64,000 nucleotides of DNA, taken from assembly GCA_022813965.1 (NCBI GenBank), contig JALDZS010000023.1, forward strand, positions 62,001-126,000, read 5' to 3'. This document shows positions 12,130 through 24,477 of this stretch, one piece after another; the first letter of the stretch is position 1; each line of letters starts with the position of its first letter. A model generated the notes under the pieces. It had not been told where the DNA came from, did no database searches, and was given only the letters and a program-made list of their open reading frames with translations. The translations under genes were made by a program, and so were the position numbers. This stretch comes from Toensbergia leucococca. Lineage: Eukaryota.

Positions 12130-13672
12130 ATGCCCTCACCAATATCCACAACTCTTCTAACTCTTCCTAGTGAAATTATTGATCAAATTCTTGCACTTCT
12201 ACCCCCCAGCGCGCTACTTCATCTCTCACTGACTTGTCGACTTCTACGCTCCCACTCTGAGAACGACCTTCTTTGGGCCGGGTTCGTCAAGGACAATGTA
12301 CCCAACCATCACCAATTGTTGTCTCCATGGCCATGTGACACTTGGAAAGACCTCTACATCGCCCACCACCCATACTGGTTTTTACCACGCCACAAGATCT
12401 GGTTCTCGAACAAAGCACACACTGGGAGCTCCATGACAGGCAATCTCATCATTGCTCGCTATGACCCACGGCGCGGATGCATCGAAGCCTATCGACTCGT
12501 GGCCGCCCATGGCCGTCATAGATTTGAATTGTGGTCGTGGAACCAAGATGTCATCATACATACGTTCAACCCCGAGGTGCGACTTTGGCTCGATGATCCA
12601 GTGGTTAAGCTTGACCTTGACTCTTACCAACCTGGAAGTCGTCTGCGGAAAGAGACTTTGATGGATACGGGTGTAGCCCAACGTATACATTCAATGATAT
12701 CCCTTTCTCTGCCGATTCCCCCCCAATTACAGCACCCAAGCATGGCTCTATGGCCGCCGTCTATTTTACCTGCTATGCACCGTGTACGCAGTGATAGTGG
12801 TAATATGTTTCGTGGCGATGAACATAAACCTAGCACGATAACCGAAGCTAGCGATACTACCTTTCGAATACGCAAATGGATGGACTTCGGAGGCTATATT
12901 GGGTCGACTTTTGGTGTGAGAATGGGGGAGGATGTGATGACTTTCAGTACATTGCCCGAGGAATCTTATATGCCTGCCAAAGAGAAGCCGTGGCAAGGAA
13001 TCTGGGTCGGGGATTATTCAGGACATGGTTGCGAATTCTTGGTCTTGCTACAAAAGGATGCGACTCCTGATACAATCCCTCAGCAAAGTCATCCATTGCA
13101 AACTGTTATGCAGCTTGACTTGCATGCCAACACTGAGCTGGCCCAGAATGATTGGGCACAGATTTTAGCACCGTCAAATGCTTCAACAGCCGCCGAGGCT
13201 AGCAGCAATCTTTCTGATGGCATCAGCACTGGTGAAGCTGTGGAGCAGCGGGAAGAACTCTTTTGCCAGGGCAGATTGGAAGCTATTAAATTAACAGGAG
13301 ATCCTAATGTGCCCAGAGGAGAATACACCTGGATTGCCGAGGATATCGGACCGAGAGGATTGGTTCGCGTCGCCGATGAACAAATGTTCAGAGGTGCCAG
13401 AATCGTGAAAAGCTGGGGTCACATTGCCGCAAATAATTTTCGAACCGGTCAGTATTCTTTGCGGCTAGAGATATAAGCAGATCAAGATTAATAGATGTAG
13501 ACACGTACATTCCCTCACAGCTGATCATGATCTCTCATGACAGTCTTGCACATTATTGGGAGGTAAATTCCCCGAATCTCTTCTCGCCATCCGTCACTAA
13601 TCATCACATCAGGAAATGGGTCACATATCGTTTTATTCGAGGGTTAACATTGACGACTACTTGAATGTTTGA
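12130..13672 (+). CDS. F-box protein with an FBXO31/EXECUTER-like (Cyclin_D1_bind, ex-DUF3506) C-terminal domain
   Basis: F-box LLTLPSEIIDQILALLPPSALLHLSLTCR. C-terminal GIWVGDYSGHGCEF and KLTGDPNVPRGEYTW. Two short 3' introns, ending ...HYWE|EMGHISFYSRVNIDDYLNV*. An in-frame upstream ATG lies at 12037. Confidence 0.85.
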
Positions 13673-14663
13673 CTTTTCGAAGCGGCACGCCAATCATCGC
13701 CGAGCGAATTCGCAGTGTCAGCGATGTGACGCTTAGCAATGCATATATACCTTTGTACATGGGGCTCTATACTGATTGTTGTTAAAACTCTCTGCCCGAA
13801 GTACTTCTACTCTAAAGAATGCAGGTGACAATTCCTGATACCCGCAAAAGAAAAGGCAAGTAGATTCGAGAGTGTTTGATAGAGACTTGCTAGGGGAGGA
13901 AACGGGTGGACTGGGATTTACATTGCGGAAAATGCATGAAGCTAGAGAGGCCACGGAAATGAATCGAAGCCGATCCCACCCTTTCTACGGTCCAGAAAAC
14001 TGAAGAGGATGTGCAAGTTCTTTAGTTGAATTGCGTTGGGCGGTTTTATTCTCACGTGAGAGCGTTGCGGAGCAACTGTGAAGTAGACGAAGTCCTCATG
14101 CCGTGTATATTTAGTGCCAAGGGAATGACATTCGTACCAGCCACCTTGGCTCCTTAGTTTGGCTGCGGCTGAGGTGATTTATGATAGAATACGGATTGCG
14201 GGAAAGTAAGCCCGGAGCATTTCCAACCTTGATTTTTGGCAACCAGGCAGGTTGGATGCACCATGCCAGTCCATCTTTTCCAACATGGCCACAAAATATA
14301 TTCACTATTCTTGCTATGATCCGACCTCTTTTTCCTACGGCCCTAGACATCTTGACCAGAAGACAACGAGACCGTAACTTGGCCAGGGAATTTATTCGCT
14401 AGGGAATCCTTCAGGCAGCTGGACCTTCAGTCAGCCCTAGACCTTGACTCCTTTGAGATACGCCCCCAAGCGTACAAGACAACTCACGGCCTTATCAATT
14501 ATATTCTCCATTAAGAAAAAGTCGCGGGGACTACTCTTGGAAGCGTCTGTTCTTGTGCTGAATTTCGCCCTCGCCGCTATTATCCGTCGCTATCACTTAT
14601 CCCAAACGCCTCTTTCGAACTCTGGATGTAGCCGGCAGTTCCATTTTCATTTCTCATCTTGCG

Positions 14664-16008
14664 ATGCATCTTCCTGTTGCAACAAGGTCAGGCACCGGTC
14701 CTGAAGAGTCCACGTCGAGTGCCCCGAATTACACCGCTCTCATTGTTTGTTCCCAAGTGGTTTCTCAAAACACGTAAATACTAATGTCAAATGCAGGTGA
14801 TTGGAATCATTGCCGCCGTTATAATCGTTCCGCTTTTCATCTACAGCTGTCTCCGCTCCGCTCGTCGTAAACACCCGGACCCCAAATATATACCTACAAA
14901 GTTCCTCAAAGCCCAATGGCGAAGATGGATTCCCCGCACAAAATACGGCCGTATATTCCAAAAGAACTCATCGGTCCCTTCTGATGACAGCCACTCCCTT
15001 GATACATCTTACAATCCCTCTACCACTACACACCCATCCACCGAAATCTCCACTTCAACAACAGGCGTCGATCGCAATACCTCTATTCGCAGCATCATGA
15101 CTCTCCCTCCCTACCGATCATCCCCACACCCCTCTGAACGCCTCATTGCTCGCGAAGGCGAGCGAGCTGGTGTCGACACTGTCATCGAATTTCCCGAAAC
15201 AGCGGATGAGGAAGAATTACGTCGCGAAGCGGACATGGATGCATTGTACCAGATCCGCCAAGCGCGAAGAAGAGAGAACGAAGCGCGAGAGGAAAGGAGA
15301 CGCGAGCGACGAGAAGCAAGAGAAGCAGGCGACTGGGCTCGTCTTGAACAATTAAGACTACAAAGTGAAATGAGAGCGAGAGCAGACAGTGGAGTCAGTG
15401 CAGGCAGCAGCGCCACCAGTCTCGGAAATGGTACACCAGCAGCTGGCTCTCTGACTGCCGACAGTGCAGCACGTCAAGGCAGCCGCCCCCGCGTCAGCAG
15501 TGTCAGCTACGCCGAGCTTGGCCTCGCCCGTCACGACGGCTCCCGAATTCGTGCCGACAGCATGGAATCCGATCACCGACCTTTACTCGACTCTGCCGCC
15601 AGCATGGGTGGGTCTCGCCAAACCTCTCTCTTCCACCATCGTCGGGATCGATCCGCAGAATCAATACTCACCGTCGAATCCGATACCGGTGGGGCAGATA
15701 CACCTCGCACATCGACCACTCGTGGCGAGCGCAGCGGCAGCAGTAGCGAGCCTATGCGTACCCCAAACGCCAGCCAGGGTTCGCCGCCATCATTTGGGGG
15801 CAGTATTGAGGGAGGTGAGACGTCGTCCTTGCCTACCGAACAGCCACCAGGGTATGAGGATGAAGAGGCACCGCCCTATACTAGCCCTGTAGATGTGGTG
15901 CCGCGACTACCGTCCTTGAGCACTGTGCCGGCTATTGAGATTACGGGGACGACGCCGAGGAATAGTGTGCCTGCCACACCAGTGGATGGAGAGAGGGGGA
16001 GAAGGTGA
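14664..16008 (+). CDS. Single-pass membrane protein with a disordered cytosolic tail and PPxY-like motifs, 2 exons
   Basis: Exon 14664-14744 (MHLPVATRSG...NYTALI), intron 14745-14796 (gtttgt...ctaat...cag), then VIGIIAAVIIVPLFIY. Motifs LPPY, PPGY and PPYT, plus an Arg/Glu-rich helix. Confidence 0.8.
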
Positions 16009-16949
16009 TTTATGGGGAATGTTTTGATAGGTGGTGGGGAAAACCAAGAGTTTTGAAGACTGAGTGCTTACTTCTTTGGGTGCGAGGATTTGCTGGTGCG
16101 ATTTCAGCGAGTGGCGTACATGGGGGTTTTTTTACGTTTGAGATTGTGGATGGGTGTGGAATCAATTGACTCGTCACATTTTCAGACGGGATATATGAGA
16201 GCCTCTGTTTCTTGATAGATGTGTTTCGTGTGACCTTAAGACGAATTACAATCGGGGGAATGGCAATGAGACAGGGGTAAAATGAACCATTCTTAAGATG
16301 CAACAACCTCTTCAGTCTCAATCGATTTACTGACTCTTGTTCACTTGACAATCTTATGAAGAGTCTTTTAGTTCTCATACCCCTTTTCACACTCAACTAA
16401 CCCTGATTAGGCAATATTCTAGTGAGGCCGCCAAGTGTGTACTTTCACAATCATAATCTATCACCTTTTTCACTTCTAGATGATGGCTTTTGTAAACTTA
16501 CCCTCGGAATATCCCTCGTCCTTGCTACTAGCAATCGATGAGCAGTTCTACCCCTTCATCCTTTCCAACTCCGTCTCCTATGTCTCCTATGTCTCCTCCT
16601 CCACCTCACCCTCTCCACCCAGAGGGGAGATGCGATTGAGAAAGAAGTGCAGATTTACTTGGTATTGCGCCCGAGCCTCACCACTACCCGTAATGGTGTG
16701 AGGGAATAATATAATTCTTTTCATAATTGAGGTCTATCCTACCGAATCAGATGGCGGCGACGTGACCCCACCTGGCTGACATGCTCACTGCATAATCTCC
16801 TAGGACCCACGTTTTATTCGTTACCCAAGCTGATGACATGTCCTTTTATTTGGAGGGGCCCCGCATCAATGTCCTTTCACAGAGTTGAGTAGATACGGGT
16901 ACTGCTGACCCTCTTCTTTCGTATTGCACATGTGCTACCATCTTGAACC

Positions 16950-18757
16950 ATGGCTGTAAAAGTCGGCTTCCTTTGGACGCCGCAGTCGCTTACAATAGCT
17001 CTATTCTTTCTCTGTCTATACATTGTTAGCATTGTATTCTATCGCCTGTATTTCAGTCCTCTCGCCAAGTTCCCAGGGCCCAAATTGGCAGCGTTGACAT
17101 ACTGGGTGGAATTCTATCATGATGTCCTCAAACGCGGCCAGTACACCTTTGAGATTGTGAAGATGCACGAGAAGTACGGTAAGGCTGTCACTTTCACCTC
17201 TGAGCGAGTCTTGCCATCCAATTCTTATCTTTGAAAGGTCCAATTGTGCGGATAACACCCGACGAGCTGCATATCAATGATCCAAACTATTATGGCGAGG
17301 TCTATCCTGGCCCGCAAAAGTCGGTCGAAAAGCATCCTTCGGCGTCAGGTGTGTTTGGAAAGTAGGCCGTCCCAGCCCTTTTTCCGACTTCAGTCTAATG
17401 GTGGCGACAGTTCTGGATCCATCATCAGCACAGTCCCACACAATCTTCATAAGATGCGAAGGAGCCCAATGAATCCGCTCTTTTCCAAGCGATCTGTAGT
17501 GGAGTACTCTGGCTCTGTCGTTTCAACCGTTGACAAGCTGTGTGCGAGGCTCGAAGAGTTCCATACCTCCCAGAATCCAGTCGATCTGCGGGTGGCTTTC
17601 TCCGCCTTGACGGCCGATGTGATCTCTCAATACTGCTATGGAAAATCCTATGATTGCCTTGAGAAATCGGATTTTGACCCCGATCTATATAGCAATACGG
17701 CATCTGGCGGGGAGCTAGGACTGCTTCTAAAACAGTGTCCTTGGATATTCACAATCGCCAATTCCATGCCGTACTGGCTTATTGCATGGCTAAATCCTAA
17801 AGTTGTTCAAATGCTCGACCGAAGAACGGTGAACATACAATCTCTTCATTTATGCTTCTTGACAATACGGCCAGATTCCGTCTGTTCTCTATCAAACACT
17901 TCTCGATTCAATTTCACTACCCACTTTACTGATACTATAAAGCTGACTACTCTGTTTGTTCAAAACAGGACATCGAAGTTCAAGTACAAGGAATCATTGA
18001 CAGCAAAGAGAAAGATATCAAAGGCCCATCTCCCTCTCGGAGCGTCTTCCACGAATTACTCAACAGCGACATTCCCGCCGAAGAAAAGTCCCTGGCCCGA
18101 CTCGTAGACGAAGGCATCACACTCATCGGTGCCGGAACCGTCACATCAGCTCACGTCCTCAGTACCACAACCTACCACATCCTCGCCAACCCAGAGATCC
18201 TCCAAACCCTGCAAACGGAGCTCCAAGCAATCAACACCCACGGCTCCGACCAGTCCACCCAACCTCTCTTAACCCGCCTCGAGCAGCTCCCTTATCTAAC
18301 TGCCATCATCAAAGAAGGCCTTCGTATCACCCACGGCATCGCCCACCGCAACACGCGCATCGCCCCCACCCGCGCCCTAACCTACCAATCCTGGACCATC
18401 CCGGCCGGAACCGCCGTCAGCATGAACACCTACATGCTGCACACAAACGCCACCCTTTTCCCGGAGCCGACGGAATTCCGACCGGAGCGCTGGCTCCAAG
18501 GAGGTGGAGGAGGAGAAGGAGGACCAGCCGTCTTGGACAAGTACCTGCTGCCCTTTGGCAAAGGCTCGCGGATCTGCTTGGGGATCGAGTTGGCGCATGC
18601 GGAGTTGTATCTTGCGCTGGCGGCCGTGTTTGCGCGGTTCGAGCTGCGGTTGTTTGAGACGGGGAGGGCGGATGTGGATGTTGCGCATGATTTTGTGGTG
18701 GGTACGCCGCGGTTGGATTCGAAGGGGGTGAGGGTGCTGGTTCGGAAGCGAGAATGA
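16950..18757 (+). CDS. Cytochrome P450 (resembles the trichodiene oxygenase/CYP58-like group), 4 exons
   Basis: N-terminal TM anchor followed by PLAKFPGP. I-helix AGTVT, KEGLR (ExxR), PERW and heme motif [11 protein letters not shown]. Introns near 17179-17237, ~17362-17411 and 17829-17969. Confidence 0.93.
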
Positions 18758-19741
18758 GGGGGATTCTTTTTTTCTTTCTTAGTTGGCATTTTCTTTTCAC
18801 TTATCGTTCAAGGGTTTCGTTTTTTTGCAATATTCTCCAGTAGATATATATATATATTTTCCAGTATAGGGAAAAAGGGGGATGGATGATGACGATGGAA
18901 AAATGTGACCCCGATCTCAATGTTTCTCAGAGTCAGTCTCTGATTGGTCAAAGATTAGTTCTACATTGACTTAATAGGTTTGTTAGCCCTGAGCCAGGAA
19001 ACAATCTTTCTGAGTTTTTTGAGGCCCTTTTGCTGTAGTTGAAGGTCACTGTTTTATAAAACACAAATTGCATTGAACAGTACTAGCAATCAAAGAGTCA
19101 GGGATGCAGATTAAGGGGGCTCTAAGTGAACCCGTCTTTCTACAGTATATAATAAATTTAATCAGAGGAAGAAAAAAAGCTGATTCTATGATTCTTTTTC
19201 ATATCTATGTACTTGCACATCAAAGCGCAGCTGAATCTTAAGAAGAATTTTTAAAAAAAAAAAAATTAAGTGATTTTTGTGTGAATCTCTCAATACTGAG
19301 AAACACAAAAATGAGGAGAGCTAATGAAATGATAACATGTGTGGAAAAGGGGGGGGGGGGGATGATGGTCTCTCAAGTAACAAAGAAATATATGATGAGA
19401 TGACTACAAAAAGTAATGACTGTATGTTATTGCTTTTGATGAGGGCCGTTTGAGGACCCTTATTCATTGCTTCTTGAGTTGGAAGTGAAAATATCTATTG
19501 ACCGTATTCAAAGCAAAGCTTCAGATGAATTTTACAAGAATAGATCAGGATCAAGCAGCCCTGATTTAAATTCTCAAAAAAAAAAACTACCTAATTACGT
19601 GACAAGGTAGGTGACAACACAAGGGAGGACTTTTGTGGTAAGCTAGGCCCTGATGAATCTCACTGGGGTCTAATCTGAAACGATGGAATGCGTATGAGAA
19701 GGTTTCCTGGTGAAAGGAAAAAGTTGCATTTGAAATGTGCC

Positions 19742-22700
19742 CTACTTCTGACACTCCTTCTTATGCGCCTTCCATGCAGCTTTCTGACAAGCATGGTTGC
19801 AGTACCTCGCCTTCCCACACCTTGCACACGACTTCAAGCCATCTTTAGCCGCGCCACAGTGACTGCAAGCTGTCCCCACAGGGTGGTCCACTGAGCTTGG
19901 CCCCATTACATTCCTTAATTGCGAGGGCATTGTCTGGGAGATTTGCTTTGGCAGATCACGTGGAATCAACGACTCAACATAGGGCACGGCGGAGATCGGT
20001 GCGATGGCAACACGTGTCGCGAGCTTTGCAAAGCCTGAGAACCCGGGGGGGAAGTCTTTTGCGTCTATGCCTTCGCCGCATGTGCAAATTGACATCTGAC
20101 CAAAGGCCGTTGAGAGAGGGATACTGCTCTCGGAGATGTATTCGCAAGTCTTCTTGTGTTCCCATGAAAAGCGGCACCGCTCGACAAGGGCTGGAAAAAG
20201 CTGCTTCCAGAGGACGGCTTCTTCGTCAGTAACACTGACACCCAAGACTGCTTCCCTCTGGACGAGGTTTTGTAAAGGAGAGTGCACTTTATTCATTCGA
20301 GCATCTGTTAGCTGCACAACAAATGCGTCCAAGAGTATGGACCCGGTATCGCGGTCATGACACAATGACTTGATGAATAGCAGTGTGTCGGAGTTGTTGT
20401 TCTTGGCTAGCCTAAAACTCCTTATTATGCGTCCGAAAGTGGCCGGATTCTGACCCACAGAACTAAGGAAAAGAATAGAGATAGACTCCTTTAGATCAAC
20501 CAATGCAGTCACTTCTCCACCCCTGGCGTCGCGGACTTCCTGAGTATCACGCTCAGTCTGGCTTACTGTCATACCCAAGTGAGTATTCAGCCAGTCATAT
20601 TTCGCATCGGCAGAAATGATGGGCTGTTGACTAATGTTTGTGCGCCCGAAACTCCACGCCGCTGGCTTCAAGTTGTGTAATGTAACTGGAAAAGGATCGT
20701 ACTCAAAGCCTCCACGTGTATGTGCAGGGGAAATGGGAGCCGCTACTTCAATCCACGATTGCTTCCGAGATATCTTTGTCTTGCAGCAGAACCCGTTGAC
20801 AGGATATGGATATACAAAATCGCATGACTTCTCTCCAATCCGAACGTGTAGTTTACACGGCGATTGTTGAGATACGGTGACAGAGGCACCACTTTTCAGC
20901 AGCTTACATTCTTCCGAATCCTCGGGAAACCCAGTATGAACGCTGATGCTTCTGATAGTCCCATCGTGGTTAAGACTAACCAATGGGAACGAAGTTGGGT
21001 CGTATTTGCAAGACAATGGTTGCACCTTCGAAATACCTTGCTGCTTATCTTCAGAGAATCCAGGAGGTACTCTCAAGACTTGAAGATGTTTTTCATCGTC
21101 TAACCCGCATTCATATATTTTCATTCGAACGCCTAGCTTTTGCGTAAATTGAACGGTGGAAGGTGCTGTGTTCACTACAAGGGAGACGCGGATGCCCTTC
21201 CTAGGTCCTGTGAGCAGTGAAAATGAGGGTACTGGGCACGTGACTATGAGATCTCCATGATTCTTCCACCCCTCGGGATCTTCTTGAATGTTACACAGAC
21301 CAACAGTATCTGATACAGGTACCAATCTGCCGAAGAAACAATCGATGGCGAAGAAGGAATTATCATACATGCCTTCTTGAGTGATCGAAATATGAAGTCC
21401 GGGTGTCCCAACGCTATCTGGGGATTCATCGGTAAAGATTTTAAGCTTGCTTCTCGGAACAACGAGAGCCACATGAACGAGTGGGGGAACATTTGAAAGC
21501 CGTAAAAGGCCCGTCTCGTCGCTTGTAGACCTAGGTGATCCAAATTGTGTTGCTTCTGTCCTAGGATTCTGCTCCAACATAGGATTCCTCCAAAGTCCGG
21601 ATAGGTGGAGATGCATGTACAGCTCTTGCATGCTGTTAGAGGAAACTAACAAAGAACGATCATTCCCAATCATGTCCAATAGCGTCTCAATGCATCTTTC
21701 CCAATCTGTACCTATCCTACCCTTCGCGAGATGCAACAAGGCGACTAGGCTCAATCTTGAGTAAAAGCGTAGATCACCTGCCAACGGCGTCGACAGCTGC
21801 CGTTGTAGACTTGAAAACAAGCTGCTTAGATTCTCAAAAGCGAACATCTTTAGGTATAAGCCGAAGAAATATGTGGCAAGTTCCTTGGAGTCAATGCTAA
21901 TAGCTTTGATGACAGAGTCTGTGTTGTCACTGTTCAACAATTCCACTCCATCTTCTAGACTGGCCCGCTTCCAGGGAACTCGCATCCGGAACTGCTGCTG
22001 CTTTCCTGGTGTTCTTCCGGTTATCAATGCCGACAGAATTTCATTACCTACCGAGTCTATAGTCGTCCCAAGCAGAGAGCCAACAGGTGCAATGCCCATG
22101 ACCAACGATATTGCTGAGATGTCTGAGAACATCAGCGTAGTCAAGGATTTAGACGTGTCCTCGGCGGAAAGTAAAAGGCTCTCTGTGTAAAGCACCGAAC
22201 AGGCATTATGACTGAGTAGCGGAGCTGCAGCAGGGAGGATGTTGAGTATACCGATATGATCATTGAGATTGGACGTATCAATAACATCAAAAGCCTTTGC
22301 AAGAGAAGTCCCTGCTGCCTCGACTAAGGTTAACGCTCTTGCGCTCCACGGCCTGTTGTATGAATGAGTAAGCTTCGAAAGGCTCTTCAATGCAGGTTGG
22401 TAACTTTGCAATGCGTAGCACAGATTGACAGCTTCCCCAGAATGCACAACTATTTGTACGGCATCGTTGCGAAGATATTTGGCAAAGCTGATGCACCAGC
22501 TCTGGAATTGAGACTTTGCAACTTTAGTCAACTTGTCCGCCTTGTCGGATGTCGAATCACCTTGGTCAAAGACTTCTGCCAGATGGAAGCCAAGTAGTGG
22601 ATCACTTCCGTAGTGTACCGAAAATTTTCCGGTGGGAGCAGAAGAGAATGCCATCATAGGATTTACGCACCCTTTCTGGTCATGACCCAGAGATGCTACG

Positions 22701-23554
22701 TCTGCACGATTTCCTGCAACGACACCAGTCTTCCAATAGCCCTCAAAAGCGCTGCTCATTGCGAGCGCCACAAGCATACCGTGGGCACCAGCTGATCGAA
22801 ATCCTTGGTAAGCAAAGACCTTTTCGCCCTCTTTCGAGGAGAAACGTTCTGTAAATGACGCTGCAATGGCCGTTCGAACACGGGCTTCGAAAGCTTGAGC
22901 CTCATTGCCGCTCAGGCTTTTAGTATCCGCATATAAAGACCAGAATCGTCGAAGGTCGCAGAGCGTATCCTCGTTCAGAGTTTTGACCACCTTACCGTAT
23001 GATGATGCGGACCATAATTTAATGGACTCGGAGCACTGAGCGAGTCTCGAGGCATGATGCTGGAGAATGGCGACGTCTTTCTTAGAAATATAGAGGTGAT
23101 AGAATACGTTCCAAAGGATGGAGCAATGCTTAGTATCGTTACTGAGGTTGTTCGCCGAGATATTTTCGAGGATGAAAGTAAAGAGAAAAACATTACGTGC
23201 TAAGGAGCACATGAGGTCAGAGAAGTTGATGTATATAGGGTGGGCATATCTCACCAAGTACAGCTGGGTCTGTGTCGCAGGTGGTAAATTCGATCTTGCA
23301 CGCGTCGTCTATGTTGATGCAGTAAGTTTCGAATACGGTAATGTTGCTAAGTCGGACAGAAAATAGGAAATCTCACCATAAGCAGCTTCACACCACAAGG
23401 AGAATAAGATATTCCGAGCATCGCCACAAGCAAGTGATAAGATTCTCACACTTTCTTGGCCTTTTGGAGCCTTCTCACGCAGTAGATTTACAGCTGGAGT
23501 GTTTCCAATAGGATAGAACCAATAGCGAAGATTCACATAGGAAGGGGTAAGCAT
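19742..23554 (-). CDS. DUF4470 (SAM-methyltransferase-like) domain protein with a C-terminal MYND zinc finger, 3 exons
   Basis: N-terminus FYPIGNTPA...ILSLACGDARNILFSL...TTCDTDPAVLARN. Also FDVIDTSNLNDH and WEHKKTCEY...ICTCGEG. C-terminal CSHC...CARC...YCNHACQKAAWKAHKKEC. Confidence 0.88.
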
Positions 23555-24477
23555 AATTGACAGCGAGATTGAGGATTTGAAGAAGAAGATGCAGGGAGTA
23601 GAAGGAATCAAGAGCGAAGAGCAGCAATGGCCGAGGGAGGGAAAGGTCAAGAGGCTCGCACTGCTGATGCAGTCACTATGTAGGATATTCTATAGGCAGA
23701 CTTGTTTTGATGTGATCGATTGAGCACGTATGCTTTATAGAACAGTGCAGCGAGCTGGTAGTCTTTCCAAGGCAGGTCGCTGCGAGGGGCTTCATTTGTT
23801 GTTTGCTTGGGTTGAATACCCTACCAGTGCCATCAGTAGTTTACCGTCAAAGAATTCATAGTGATTATTGCCACATCTCAAGAGGCTTTGTTCTCTGGTC
23901 TGACTTCAAGATGGTCCTCGTTCATTCAAGACCTTGAAGAGATATGCAGAGATACTCCGTTGGCAAGGGGAGACTGGAGGATTGTGCTTGATTATTTTCC
24001 GGATCAAAGTTGTTCCGGGCTCACCCAAATACTCGCCCCTTTTTCTGAATCTAGATGGATGCAGAGCAAACACTACCTAAGAAGAGAAAGCGTCAAAACC
24101 ACCCCTCGGAGCTCTCGACAACATTTCACAGGAGCAAACAGCAGTAAAAAGCTCATGGTAAATAAATCACAGCTTGTGGAACCGATGGGTTTTGACCTTC
24201 AAGAAAGCTTCAGGGGCAAGGCATTCAATTCAAAACAGTCATCTGCATTCCCTACAACAACAAGGAGAGTAGTCCGTTAGTTTCCAACATGCTCTCATAA
24301 GCTGTACTTCTAAGTCCAGAAAAAAACGAGTTAGATACATGTTCCCGTCCGGGTTTTCATCCCTCAATTAAATATGCCATCCCAATAACTCATACATAAA
24401 CAAAAAAAAGTAAACATCCACCAAAAGAACATCTACACGCACATATGCACTGAATCTTCACCACACGCGAAACCACT

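Noticed and set aside
16574..16600. (gtctcctat)2-3 short tandem repeat upstream of the P450
   Set aside because: An ordinary slippage repeat with no further structure.
23861..24280. 139-aa + strand ORF between the MYND gene and STE6
   Set aside because: Starts at GTG, has no recognisable domain and no supporting splice structure. A relic cannot be excluded.
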